In this document: one piece after another, positions 1 through 12,600 of the stretch
How positions within the stretch are numbered: the first letter of the stretch is position 1
Layout: each line of letters starts with the position of its first letter
Source of the DNA: Catajapyx aquilonaris
Lineage: Eukaryota
DNA length: 49,045 nucleotides
Direction of reading: 5' to 3'
Assembly: GCA_000934665.2 (NCBI GenBank)
Contig: JYFJ02002918.1
Span: 1 to 49,045, forward strand
The notes under the pieces: model-generated
Told to the model about the DNA's origin: nothing
The model's database searches: none
The model's input: only the letters and a program-made list of their open reading frames with translations
Translations under genes and position numbers: made by a program

Positions 1-174
1 CAGGAATGTGCAGAGGGAGTAGCGCCATCTTTGCGTCAATAATATAACTACGTGGTAAATCGGCGGTCCATCTTATTAAATTGTTTGATTGTCGCTGCCG
101 TACTGATTATAGGCTTTGACAAATTGGGTTTATTGGCTTGAATCTGCGACTCTGTTTGTCCAGGGCGAGCTAGT

Positions 175-720
175 AGCCACTTTCCTCCGCATGAGAGTGG
201 CAGCACTGTGCAGATAGGGAGGTTGCGTCATCTATGAGCGAAGTAGGGTACTATGTGGACAGTATTATGCCAAAGAGCTCACTAGAGCAATCATCTCATA
301 CTTTTTCCAACCCGATGTACCTAGCAGTAAGCAGCCCTTTAAGATTCAAGTGTGGTAAAGCGGCTTACGGGGCCTGGCCCCCGGGCAAAAGCAGCACCTT
401 ATCCGGAGGGTGCAGCTTATGTATGTACAGTACCCACAACTTGTAACTGTACAGCGGAGGGTTTCTAATATCAGCCTCACTTGTTATGCTCAGACGTCAC
501 CCTCGACCATGCCATTATTAAGTTCGCAAGCCACGGATGGCTTTAATCAGAGGAAGAGTTTGTGTTATGGCAACCTTGGCATTTATAACTATAGTGAAGC
601 TGCTCAGACTGTCCACCTTACTTTGGCTCATAGATGGCGTAACGTCCCTCTCTGCACACTGCTGCCACGCTTTCATGTGGAAGAAAGCGGTACTGCATGC
701 ACCTGATGACTCACCGCGGA
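175..720. mobile_element. MITE/foldback-like element with ~75 bp imperfect inverted arms; member of a dispersed family
   Basis: 178-250 (gtggcagcactgtgcagatagggaggttgcgtcatctatgagc) is the approximate reverse complement of 614-694. Related copies lie at 1-35, 30724-30744, 30890-30965, 31045-31110 and 44350-44435. Confidence 0.6.
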
Positions 721-1369
721 CAGATCCAATTCCGCAATGATTCTTAAGGTTTGGGCACTTCATATGGCTTATTTACTCACAGAAAATTAATCGCAAATGA
801 CATGTTTGTGGTTCCGTGACTTAATAAGTCCACGGCCTTCAACCCAGGTTGGACACCGGCTCGTGCAAGGACTGCGTAATTCCGAGGGGATAATTAGGAT
901 GGCAGTGTGAAGCACCCTCTGAAAACTACTTGAGACGCATGGAGGCCAACCCGGGAAATAACTATTACCCAACTTCAGTCTTGACCTTTTCCCACCCCAT
1001 AAAACCTCCTCCTCCTCCTTTTCCTCCCCCAATTGCTACGCTCATTAGTTCCTGAGGTCGGAACTAACGAACGGAGCAATTTTAACCTAATCACCTCGTT
1101 CAATGTATTAAGACGGTGGATTATAAACCCTCTCCCCATCTTGCCTTTTTGCTCATTGGATTAGAGAGAGGACGACCCCGGGATCTCACGTGCACTCATC
1201 TAATAAGATCGGAAATTTAATCAGTCTTTTTTCGTTCTTTCTACCTGAATATGGGTGCTTGTAGTTTCGACGTAAAAAGTCCAAAAAAAAATAGTCAAAA
1301 TCATCCACAGATGTACTGTAGTTATGCCAAAAAATGTTTCGGACAGGGGTATCCTCATTTTCATAAAAT

Positions 1370-1650
1370 TTTCATCGTCTTTACTAAGATCATGATCCTG
1401 CTCATCATCATCGTCATCATCATCATCTTCGTCATCATCTTTATTAAGATTTATGATCTTCATCTTCTTCATTACCTTTATTATGATCTTCATCTTCATT
1501 ATCTTTATCATTATCTTACTATCATTATGTTCAACATCATCTTCTTCATTATCTTATGATCTTCTTCTTCAACATCATCATCACCAAGATCTTCAACATC
1601 TTCGTGACCTTTATTATGATCTGCATGATCTTTAATATCATCATCATCAG
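1370..1650. repeat. Degenerate (CAT/CTT)n trinucleotide low-complexity tract
   Basis: Runs of tcatcatca/tcttcatta; explains the spurious Ile- and Asp-rich ORFs. Confidence 0.85.
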
Positions 1651-2449
1651 CTGTTTAAACATAAACGCGTTGCAGCATAATAGGTCAAACATGTCACGGG
1701 CATCATCATGCTAATGCACTGCAATTAACAATCATGTCACAATGTTGGCAGTCCAATTTGCAGGAATCAGCAGCATTTTAAATAACACATACTTATAAGT
1801 GCGAGTGCAGCAAAAAAAAAAAAAATTGAAATCGATGAGAGCAATTAGGAAAATGCATGTCAATATTCTGTGCAGAAGCACGTCGGTGCTTTTACACAGA
1901 TTGGGTTTGGCCGGAGCTTCTCTCTCTTTTTTTTTTTTTGATCCTCCAGGGAACATCAATTCTGGATCAGGAATTGACTTCTCCCGCCTTCATTTGGTGA
2001 ACGCAACCTAATAGCGTTTCACACAAGGCAAACGCTCTCAAAAGGAATGGCTTCCTTTTTGGAACATTATTAATGATCTCGGACTATGATTGGTTTGGAG
2101 AGAAATCCTGCCATCTTCCTTCGGTCAACTTATGTCGGCATACCTACAATCAGCAGCAAAATGCAATTACTTTACGAGTGAACAGGCAATATCTCTAGGC
2201 CAATTGCATGCGTACACACTGAAAACAATGTTGACATAAAAGAAAATTAGATTCCATTTTCATTTCCCAATAATCACATCTGTCCGCTCGGGCAAGCTGT
2301 CATCTCATATCCAGAACTAGAGGAACCCTTTCTTGTCAAACCCATTTTTATACTTGTTGGCTTGGTAACCAAACCTGGACAAACAAACAAACTTTGACTT
2401 TTATACAGTGTATGGCATAGATGTTCATTGAATCCAATTGCTTTTCCAG

Positions 2450-3106
2450 GTGTTCATCGTACAGCATGTGGATGTGTGCATGTTCTCAAACGGCAAATTC
2501 AAGAACGTGGTGGCCCAGGTGGAGTCGCAAGAGAAATGTCCAGTCACTCCAGGCTCCTCGCTGGAACACTCCTTCAACCTGTACCCGGTTAAAGGCATCA
2601 CCAAAAACTGGGTCGCAGTCGAGGACTCCTACTTCAAGGTATAAATCATGTGATTGTTGACTACAATAAAGTTTTTTGTCATACTTTGAACGTTTCAGGA
2701 AGGAGGCGGGCTGGCATCGACAGTGACGCGACCAAACGGCGGGGACGACCGCAATGTGTTTGCCATATATGTCACGTACTATGTGAAAGTGAAGATCATA
2801 CTCGGGGCTATGGGTGGAGTGTTGGCGGTTAAGCTTCCCTTCTCGCTCATGCATCCGTACCCTGAGGATGACCCGCTGTCCAGTGAGCTTGGTCTGTTGC
2901 CGAAGGAAGATGAAGGTGAGAGAGTTGAGGACAAAGAGGTGGAGGACAGTCTTCAGGAAGAGGATAAGGTAGCCACAACCGAAGCCGAAGCCCTGGAGAA
3001 TCATACCAGTGAGGAGATTGTCCGGGTCGAACCGCTACCATCGCACCTTAGAGAACTACTACTGGACAGCCAGGAACCAGAGCCGGACTGTCCTGACACC
3101 ACATGA
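2450..3106 (+). CDS. Arrestin-family protein, last two coding exons (2450-2638, 2699-3106); 5' exons not in window
   Basis: VFIVQHVDVCMFSNGKFKNVVAQVE...PVTPGSSL and LASTV...VFAIYVTYYVKVKIILGAMGGVLAVKLPFSLMHP resemble the arrestin C-domain. GT-AG intron at 2639-2698; acidic tail. Confidence 0.85.
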
Positions 3107-4673
3107 TTTGCCTGGCATGGTCCAGTTCTTCCAGACGTTCACTGCACACTAAAGTGTCCAGAGCCAAATATTACGAAACATTACCTAAGACTGAGAGACC
3201 TGCTCTGCACGGAGCTGACAGTGTGGTCATTATACGTGCCTTTGATGTCACATTGATAGAGCAGAGCTGCGGATATTTACGGAACTCCAAATCAAATTCT
3301 GGACTTATGAAAAGAAAGGGTAAAAAAAAACAAAAAAAACGCTGGTTGTGAAAATGCACCAATATATCAGATATTTAGTCACTTCCAAGGTACGGTTGCT
3401 GTTGTGTCGCTAATTTGTGCCGGATTATTAATTTTGCCCAGGCCAAGATGTGCAGGTACTCTGTACAGTTGGTACAGTAGCAATGACGTTGTATTATGAG
3501 CTTAATTGTTATCAATGCGACTAGCGTTGGTGCAGTCACTAAAGAGAACGTTCAATACGAGAAAAGAGTTGTTATTAATATAGTATTAAACGCAATGCCA
3601 ATAAAGTCGGTAAATCACACTCCTTTAGTCACATCGTTACCGCAATTTGACCAGTGATTATTTGGATTACATTCTAGTCACCAGATAAATGCAGGCCAGA
3701 GTATTTTTGAGAAACACCTGCAGCTATAAATGACAAAAATTCAGTGACATACAAGCAGCATTTAGAAAATGGTAATTACTGTGCTTCATACATTTAGTCA
3801 TATCCTCAGTGCAATTTATCCTCTTCATTACTGGAATACACCAGGTCTCAAATTTTTTTAGAGTAAATATGAACATTTATTTGCATTTACGTAAAATTAT
3901 TCCCAGGAGTGAAGAGGTTAAACATAATGCAAGCCGATGTTACTCAACAGGGAAATGTTCATGTCTTAATTGCATTGTTGCCGCAGAGTATCTTAATCAT
4001 TACTGGTCAAAATGTGGACCAATTAAGACATACACGACTTGTTAATACGAGGACTATGAATCTAATCATGTCACTTCAATTTCAACCTGTTTTCTGACTC
4101 ACATACTAAAGGCTACGTTGAAAAAACAAGCCCAGTTGAAAGTCATGCAAAACTTAATACTTGTCTGAATTATTTAGTTAATGCCAGGCTCTCAGTATTT
4201 TTTTTCTACACGTCTAGAACACAGCAACTTAAATTACAAGCTGATGCTGTTAGGTTGAAACAGATACATTTACGGTTGGATTCACGCTCCTTGCAGTACT
4301 GCCGCCAACTTAATTTGATGTGCGATACAAAATGTATTGGTTGTTGTGCTGTCCTAGAGAAAAATAACCCCCCCGATTGGGCCAACCCTTAAGTTTAAAC
4401 AAAATTTGTGCAAAAAATAATGTGCTGCATTCTCCCTAGCAAACCGCTTATATATATATAAAAAAGGTATGTTGTTTACTCTTCCAATAAATAATCTGGG
4501 AATAAAACCTATTGAGACAAAAACCTCCGTCCAGATCCTTTTTCCAGTGCCTTGGTACATTCTCGTTAACATACTGAAGTAAAGGATGCGACGTTTGTTT
4601 CCAGGTATGGTTTTCAGCGAAGGAATTATATAGAGCGCTTCATCAAACGGCTATTGTTATTGATATACCGTAC

Positions 4674-5100
4674 CGTGAAAGGCGGCCCACGAGTAGCCTC
4701 TTACGATGATCTTTCCTTCCTCCTTCCCTGCCAACGTCTGGTACACTTTGATCAGGATGTACTTGAAGCGACCTTCGTCTATGTCCACCTCCGGTATCTG
4801 GTCCAGCAGGCTTCCAGAGGCCATGGCCACCCTGTGGCAGAATAACCTGGGTCTGATCTGAAATATATTGTGGGCGACAAAAAGTTAGGGGCACAACCTG
4901 GATGATTCCAAAAGTCTATTTTTAGCCAGTGCAGGGCGGGTTCAATGGCCGATTCATCTGTAGTGTTTGGCAGGATTGAACAAGTGGTGGTGTAGAACCA
5001 GGGGGCGGACACGGGGGCGAACCCAGGGGCGAACCCAGGGGCAGGAACTCACCAGAGAATGAATAGAACACCGGCGAAATAGAACCGACACCGAGGACAT
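4674..5100 (-). CDS. PHPT1: 14 kDa phosphohistidine phosphatase / janus-ocnus family, exons 1-2 (5100-5053, 4857-4674); 3' exons not found in window
   Basis: Spliced translation MSSVSVLFRRCSIHSL|IRPRLFCHRVAMASGSLLDQIPEVDIDEGRFKYILIKVYQTLAGKEEGKIIVRGYSWAAFH matches the IPDVDID..G.FKYVLI.V...K.IVRGY.WA.YH signature. Splice sites are canonical. This frame is absent from the ORF track. Confidence 0.85.
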
Positions 5101-5386
5101 CTACCGGGCGAACAAACCGCGCGTTCGAACGCACGCTCATGCATTAATCTAATTATTAACAATTATAACCGAATAATTAAAACATGCTGCTTATTACAAA
5201 GCTATAAATGCGAACATATGGATGTTAAATCAGCTAATATTAAAACTAGAGAACAACAAGAACAGATCTGGTGCAGCAGGAGTAGGGAATGCAACCAAGA
5301 TGGCGGCCGTCGGACATGTGCGCAACAATCGAGCGTAATTAGTGTGCAACAATATATTTGATTGTTGCCGCAATTAGTGCGCAACA
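5101..5386. promoter_or_regulatory. Putative bidirectional promoter between PHPT1-like and TRUB2, with a YY1-type motif
   Basis: Divergent start codons ~290 bp apart; CAAGATGGCGGC at 5296-5307. Confidence 0.55.
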
Positions 5387-6499
5387 ATGGTGGTGTTGTC
5401 GCACGCACCGGACGCATGGAGGCTTCTCAATGGCGTACTGTGCGTGTACAAGCCAGCTGGAGTCAACATGGGGAGACTTAGAAACATGGTTGCGGGCAAC
5501 TTGTGTCGAGGTATGGCCGGCTCAATGTACTGTTGGATGTGCACGGTGTACTTACTTGGTACTTGCAGACTTGAACCAGATGGAGTGCAGGCCGGCAACA
5601 CCGTACGTGAGGATAGACGGTGATGTTGCATCGGGGGAGCTGACGGTCACGGCGGTACCCAGCTATGCGGACAACGTACTGGTGGTGGGTCCGAAGTACC
5701 AGATGCAAGACGTACGATGCTTGTTTACGCATACGTTGGGGAAGGACATATCCGGCGTGATAGGTACGTTGGGTGTTAGCGGATGTGCATGTTGCTACAA
5801 GTCTCATTCGCAGCTGTAGGGATCAACCGTGGCACCAGCATCGCTAGGAAGATACATGAAGCAAAGTACCTCAAGACATACCATGTAAAAGGCCGGTTTG
5901 GACAGGCAACCGACACAATGTACACGGACGGGAAGGTCGTGGAGAAGGCTACGTACGAGCATGTGAGGCAGGTGCATCTGGACCAGATACTCGGAAGCAT
6001 CCAGGCAGCGCACAAGAAGCTGATGTTCGAGTACGTTAAGTCATACCCGTAAATGGTGCTGTACTGTAACGCTGTTTATTCCCACAGGAGCGCAGGGGTG
6101 GATCCGAACAGTCAGACCGCTTACGAGCTGGCGTCCAAAGGTCCTGTCCGCCCGCTCAAAAACACTCCGACCGTCATCTACAACATAAAGTGCGTTGACT
6201 TCTCCCCGCCCGACTTCACCCTGGAGCTGAACTGTATCAACGAGCGCAGCCTGTACCTGAAGTGCTTGATCCACGACATCGGGATGCACATGAAGACTGT
6301 CGCAACCTGCACTCAGATCAGGTGCGTGCGGTTAGGCTTCTTCGGACTGGAGCACGCACTGCTGAGGAAGCACTGGACAATCCAGCACATACTGGAGAAC
6401 ATCATAATGTGCAAGAAGCTGGTCGACGATAACGGGATATACCCCAAATCGCCGCTGCTTCAACAACCGAAAGCGCCGCCTCTAATCGAAGCAACCTAA
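5387..6499 (+). CDS. TRUB2: Mitochondrial TruB-family pseudouridine synthase TRUB2 (exons 5387-5510, 5569-5763, 5814-6030, 6088-6499)
   Basis: LNGVLCVYKPAG, LVVGPKY, Y.VKG.FGQATD, SQTAYELASKG.VRP, PPDFTLE..CINE...YL..LIHDIG and ALLRKHW motifs. Three short GT-AG introns; AATAAA overlaps the stop codon. Confidence 0.92.
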
Positions 6500-6648
6500 T
6501 AAAGATTTCTCGCAACAAATTCTGTTCATTGGCTCAACGGACACTCTCGCAAATAACATAACCTCGATAAGTGTGAAAAAAACTTTAATCAGTTCAACTT
6601 CTCAGTCTTCGTCTCTGAATAGCACAAAAATATGAACAACAACACAAG

Positions 6649-9600
6649 TTACAGTCCGCACCAGTACGGGTCGCCTGAACGGAAGGCCACGTCTTGCTCC
6701 TGAAAACGAGCGAGGGAAAACCAGTCAGACCTTGGCGTGCGTACAGCACGTTGCAAGTACTTACGTGGATGGCACGCCACAGGTTATGATCCTGGCACTT
6801 AAAGGTCTGCAGGATCTGAGGAACACTGTTGAGTTTGTACAGTTTCAGGTACTTCTTGGGCTGACCAGTGAACGGGTTGATTATCCCTGGCACCTTGTAC
6901 CTGGCGGACGGACAGAAAAAAAAAAAAGGTCAGCATCGGCAAGTGCACTCTGCGGATCAGCCACTTACTGCAGAAGGTCAGAGAAGAGGAGTCCGAACGA
7001 CTTCGAGTCTACGTCAAGGTGAGGCACAGTAAATCCCCTGCGCCCCAGCATATCATACAGCAAGTCCTGCCCCTTCCACTCCGGGAAGAAGGCGGACACC
7101 TCCGTGCTGACTAGGTAGGCCGATTCCTGCATATTAACAATATGCACCACCTTTCCGGGAAGCAGCTCTGAAAACGAACATCCGGGTCAATCCAGGTCCC
7201 GAGCTGCCACCAGGAGACACTTACCGACTGGCTTCACGAAACGCGGCTCGCCGATGTCCAGGTCGTCCAGGTCGCACTGCAGCTCCTCTACAGGGTCGGC
7301 CGAGTGCCTGCTATATAAAAAAAAAAGGACCGCGGGTTAATGCAACCAGCCGTGTGACAGCCAGGGTTTGAACTTACGCTTGTTGAGCAGGTTGAGGAGG
7401 TTGAGCAGCAACCTCGGCCCAGCTGAAGGTCTTGGCCGGAGGAGGCGGGGCGCTCTCCGGCTTCCTCTGCATCTGTTCCAGCACCAGTTTCGGTTGCTGC
7501 CCCGAGCTGCGATTCGCGGCTTGAGACGGCGCCGAAACCACAGGTGCGAAGAAGCTTCGAGGCGGCACTGCAGCTTCTTGCAGTTGATTTGTACTTGGCA
7601 GTTGGTCCCGCTTCGGAGGAATCGATTGCGGCGCGGTAGTCGCCCAGGCCTTCAGGTCCATGTTCCACGAAGACGGCTTGGCCGCCTCGGAAGCGCTTTG
7701 CGGGAGGTTCTGAGCAGCTGACGGCAGCCCATTCCAAGCAGCTGATGGTGGCACATTTTGGGCGGACGACAGCAGCGGGTCCGGAGCAGGCGACGGCAGC
7801 ACATTCCCTGGGGCTGTTGGCAGCGGGAGGCTCTGATCCCACCCTTTGACACCATTGGCACCTTCGGGGCCCCAGGCAGACATGACGTGATTCACATTTT
7901 GGGCAATCATCTTCTGCACTCTCGCCTGTGCAGTGTGATTGCCTTTCCTTGCCTCTTCTAACAGGTCACCTGGTATCGACACGAAATCATTGACTTTGGG
8001 AGCAGCGGCTAACAGGTCACATGGTTTTGCCATGAAATCATTGACTTTGGGAGCAGCGGCTAACAGGTCACATGGTTTTGCCACGAAATCATCGACTTTG
8101 GGAGCAGGGGCTAACAGGTCACATGGTTTTGCCACGAAATCATCGACTTTGGGAGCAGCGGCTAACAGGTCACATGCTTTTGCCATGAGATCATTGACTT
8201 TCGGAGAAGCGTCTGCCACAGGCTTCTGGCCAGGAGGAGAGTCATGGCCTGAATCCTCGTCCGACGATTCATCCGAGTCGTCATCCGAGTCCTCATCCGA
8301 GTCCTCATCAGATGAATCCGCGTCCTACAGGGGTCAAGACAGAGAGTGACGTAAAAATAAAGTTCAATCAAAGTGATTCGTGACTATGCAAAGTCTCACC
8401 TTCATGATTTCGTAGTCAACTTCGGCCAGTTTCGCCTCGATAAGGAGGTCGCACAAGTTGATGTCATTTTCTACGGACGTGACGTACAGGCAGACGCTTA
8501 TCTGTTCGCACTGGAGACGGAAAACGAGACAGATCAATATAATTGGGAGGCCAATCATGGCGTACTTTCCGCAGCTGAGACAAGGCCTTACCTGGGAGTT
8601 GTCCGCCTGCAGCCAGCACACCACAGGGTCGTATTTCTTGCTGATCTCGAGGAAGTAATTGTTAGCATTCATTGACCACTTCTTGGCCCCGTTCGCAGGC
8701 ATGATGCCGTACAGCCGGCTCGGAATCGCCTGGGCAGCCAGGTCGAAGAAGTCTCGCCTCAGGAGACGCACTTTTGAAGGACCGACGGTCACATTCCCCC
8801 CGAAATCTACGACCGTCACCTGCAAACATATCACCATAAAATTAGGTTCTCGCAAGGAACTACTGGTGTGGGAGTCAGAAAGCCGACTTTTCAAACGCAG
8901 ATTGCTGTGCTCCGGCAACCACCTAAAACGTTACACACGTGCCACGAAATAATCGTCGTCACATTTAAAAGGTGCTTACCGTCACTTTTCCATTTTCGAA
9001 AGAGACGAACTTTGCTCGCTGCCATATATCCTCATACAACGCGACGCACGGGTGGCCAGGAAAGTACGACTGATCGGTCATCTTGAACTTCGTACTCTGA
9101 TCTTTGCCGTAAAAATCGCTGCAAATAACACGAAGACCTGATGTATCTCTGACGAATTCACGACTCACTATATGATCATTTTGACATCGAACGGCATGCG
9201 AGATAATTAAATCTCCCAAAATTAAACTACCATGCTCACATCATGTTTGTCTCAAGATGCGCGAACGCAACCTTATCCTCATCCAGCTGCAAGAAGAACT
9301 TCCAAGGCGTGTATATGTCGGCAAACGTGACAGGAAAATACTGCCCCTGAGGGGTCTTCACTTTAGGAATCTTTTTGACAGCATATTCCTCTTGAGCGCC
9401 GACCACATCTGGCGGGTACTCAATCTTTGGTAGTTGGTAGACCTGAAAAAGACAAGAACATTTGTCTCGCATTAGACTGAATTAGGACGAAACAACAAAT
9501 CGGCTCTGGAAAATACTGGCTACAAGAGTAGCCGGATCACAGCGAGAGTATGAAGAAAAAATTAGAGTGGTTCCTACAAGAGCACGTTTATCGCAATTCC

Positions 9601-12600
9601 CGCAGGGTAATCTTCACTATAATTACTTGCCCACAATATTGCAAAATGGGTTTTTCCATTACTATCAGCGTTTCTTTACCTTTGGAGCAGGCGAGGGTGC
9701 AGGCGCCTCCACTTGTGGTTTCGCGACAGGTTGCACGACGGGGGAAGGGATGTTTGGCACTGGATCTGGCACCGGCACTTTGGGTGCCACGGATGCCAGA
9801 TGCTGCCCAGGCCACCTGATCGGGCTCACTGGTTTCACCGCAGGTGTCGCAATAGGCTTGAGGAACTGGTTCTCCTTGGATATGAACACGAGCATCCCCT
9901 CAGGTCTGTCCTCCAGACGCACCATTTCTGTTGACAGCGACTCCAACAGTTTCTGCAGGTTTCCGCCCGTCCTGAGCTCCTTATTGCTGAATTTCTGAAA
10001 AACAAAAAGCGCCCATGTAATCCTCCCAACCTGTTGCAAACCGACATTACATGGTTACATGTTACATACCTTATGAATACTTTCCAACTCATTTATGCTG
10101 AGCCCATCCGGGAACATCTTCAGAATGTAGAAGAGCCTCCTCTTCTCATCAAATGTCAGGTCAGGTACAAAATGATTCACTGCCGAGTGTCCGCCTAAAA
10201 GCGAAGAAATCATATCTATAAATTTACGTCTGCCTAATGCGTACGAAAGCCAAGGAGCTTACTCTTCTCATCAGTCGTCTGTTCAGGTACTCGACAATTA
10301 TTGAGCGTTTGGACCTTGCCTGAAAGATCAGAAATAATTTACAGCAATTGCGTCGACCTCCAATTTCCAGCTTCAGATAAACTAAAAGGAGCTTACCCTT
10401 CTCGGCAGTCTTAGTCGATTCAGGTACGCACTTCTTATTAAGTATCGGTCCTTCACCTGAAAGAGCAGAAATTATTTCCAGCGTCACTTACATCGGAAAC
10501 ACTGCACATCTAAACAGACAAATTTCACCGTACCTCTGTCAATGATCACTTTTGGAATGAGGTGGTCAGGAACGCCTCCAGTCATCTGATCAAACAAAAT
10601 GTAATCACCTCCGGGGATGGCCGAACAATAAGCGAATATTGACTGGAAGGACCTGACGAACTCATGGACATTGTTGGCCTTGTATTCCTTCAGGACTAAC
10701 TTTTCCCCGGCGATTCGCTGCAATAACACACATTCGACCGTTATTGTCCCTCGGGAGAGCTTTCGTGAAAGCACCGGATATTACTGAACCATGGAAATAC
10801 TTGTAAATTCTCACGCAAAGGTGAGACGGCAAGCATCATTGTCTACGTTTGTATGTCATTACTTGCCTCATATTCGCTCATTAGATTCTTGATTTGCAGC
10901 CCCTTTGGATTCTCCCGCAACACTTGGTGCAGGACGTCCACATAGTGAGGCTTCTTGGCAGAACTCGTGGAATCCTTTTCTTGCTCCTGTAAATCAGACG
11001 ATTATTCTTTCAAGAGTGCTTTATACGCATTCCTGTTTGTAAGATCAATGCTATAATTTTGTCAGATAAGACTTGAGTAAATTGAGTGGTACTCGCATCA
11101 ATACTTGCAACAGGAAACATGATGCCGAGAAGCACAAGACTGTTACACTGTTTGGAACTGTCGTGTAATGCCAGGCATTAAACGATCAGGGTTTCCAACA
11201 GTATAAACAAATAGTGCTAACAAAAGTACATACTATAGCAACTGAAGATTGGCTTTTGATCAAATCGCTCGAATGTATGCAGCTCGATCGCGATGAAATA
11301 ACTTCAAGCGAAATTCGTACTTTCCCATGCATCTTATTTTGACCCGTCTGCGAATCCGCCCTGAACCTCACTACAGCTTAACACTCACAGAGGATGATGC
11401 TGTTGCGAATCCATCACTCGACGTGGATTTCCCTCCTCGGTACCCAGAGCCAGGTTGGAATGGGACTGCGGTTGCACTCAGCCGACTGGAAGTCGTAACT
11501 TCTGGTAAGGTTGGAGTGGTGGAGCGTCGACCGTTAGTCGTAACTTCTGGTAAGGTTGGAGTTTTGGAGCGTCGACTGTTAGTCGTATCTTCCGGTAAGG
11601 TCGGAGTGATGGAGCGTTGACGAGGCGCCTGGTACAGCGGCATTGCTGGACGTTGCTTGTTAGATGCCGACCTGTCAGGTTTGCTGGCTGTCTCAAGTGA
11701 CGCGGTTGGCATCGATGTGCTGGCTGCTGCCATGCCATTTGCCAACCCTCCACCCTTGGGATTGGCCAGCGAAACCTCCTCCGACTTGTCAACACTTGCC
11801 GGCGTGGCCATGGCGATGTTGCTGCTGATCTGGCTTCCGTTTCCGGCATCTCCAGACACCGTTGCAGTCGCATTAGTTGGAGTCGTCTCCTTCACATCAG
11901 CAGCAGTTGCGGTTTTGCTACTGGGTGCGGAATGCCCCGATGGCCACGTACCCGCTGATCGCATCACGTTGACTTTGTCTTCATTATCTGCAACAAGCGT
12001 GATTGCCATATACGGAAACTCAATTTGCGATGGGTACTCACCCTTTAGCTCCACAACAAGGCCCACTTGCGTGATGAAAATCCGCACATCGTCCACACTT
12101 TTCAGCAAGTCTTCCAGGTTTTTGAATCCGAGTCCGCCCGGCTCGAACTCATACCCGTGTAGGGATTTGAAAGCATCCTGAAACTTGCTGACGGGGATTC
12201 CACTGGGGTAGGCACGCAGTACCGCACATATGTTCTTCCGCATCAGGGCAGGAATGGCTGGCGGGGTGTGGTCAACTGGTCCTCCACCTGCATGCAAATT
12301 GCCAAGCGTTTGGGGTAATGTGTGTGGAGGCTCCCATGGCTGGGGTGGTTTAAAATAATTTGAGAGATGGACAGGTGATTGGGGAGGTTGCGGCCACAGG
12401 CAAGGTAAGTATGTTGGGCCGTGCACCATGTTAACACACGCATGCGGCTGGAGAGGCGGCACGTAAGAACATGCACTTGGTGCAGACTGGTAGACCATTT
12501 GGTATGAAGGAGTGTTGATTTGCATCCACGGGTTCCTGGAGTGTGCGGCTCTATAATCATTCATGGGCGGGAATCGGAATGGCTGTGATGCAAGATGCGG

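Noticed and set aside
1221..1635. Ile-rich and Asp-rich ORFs
   Set aside because: Translations of a degenerate trinucleotide repeat.
4922..5140. ORF MSVRSNARF... as the PHPT1 start
   Set aside because: Out of frame with exon 2 after splicing; the ATG at 5100 is the in-frame start (this one may be a uORF).
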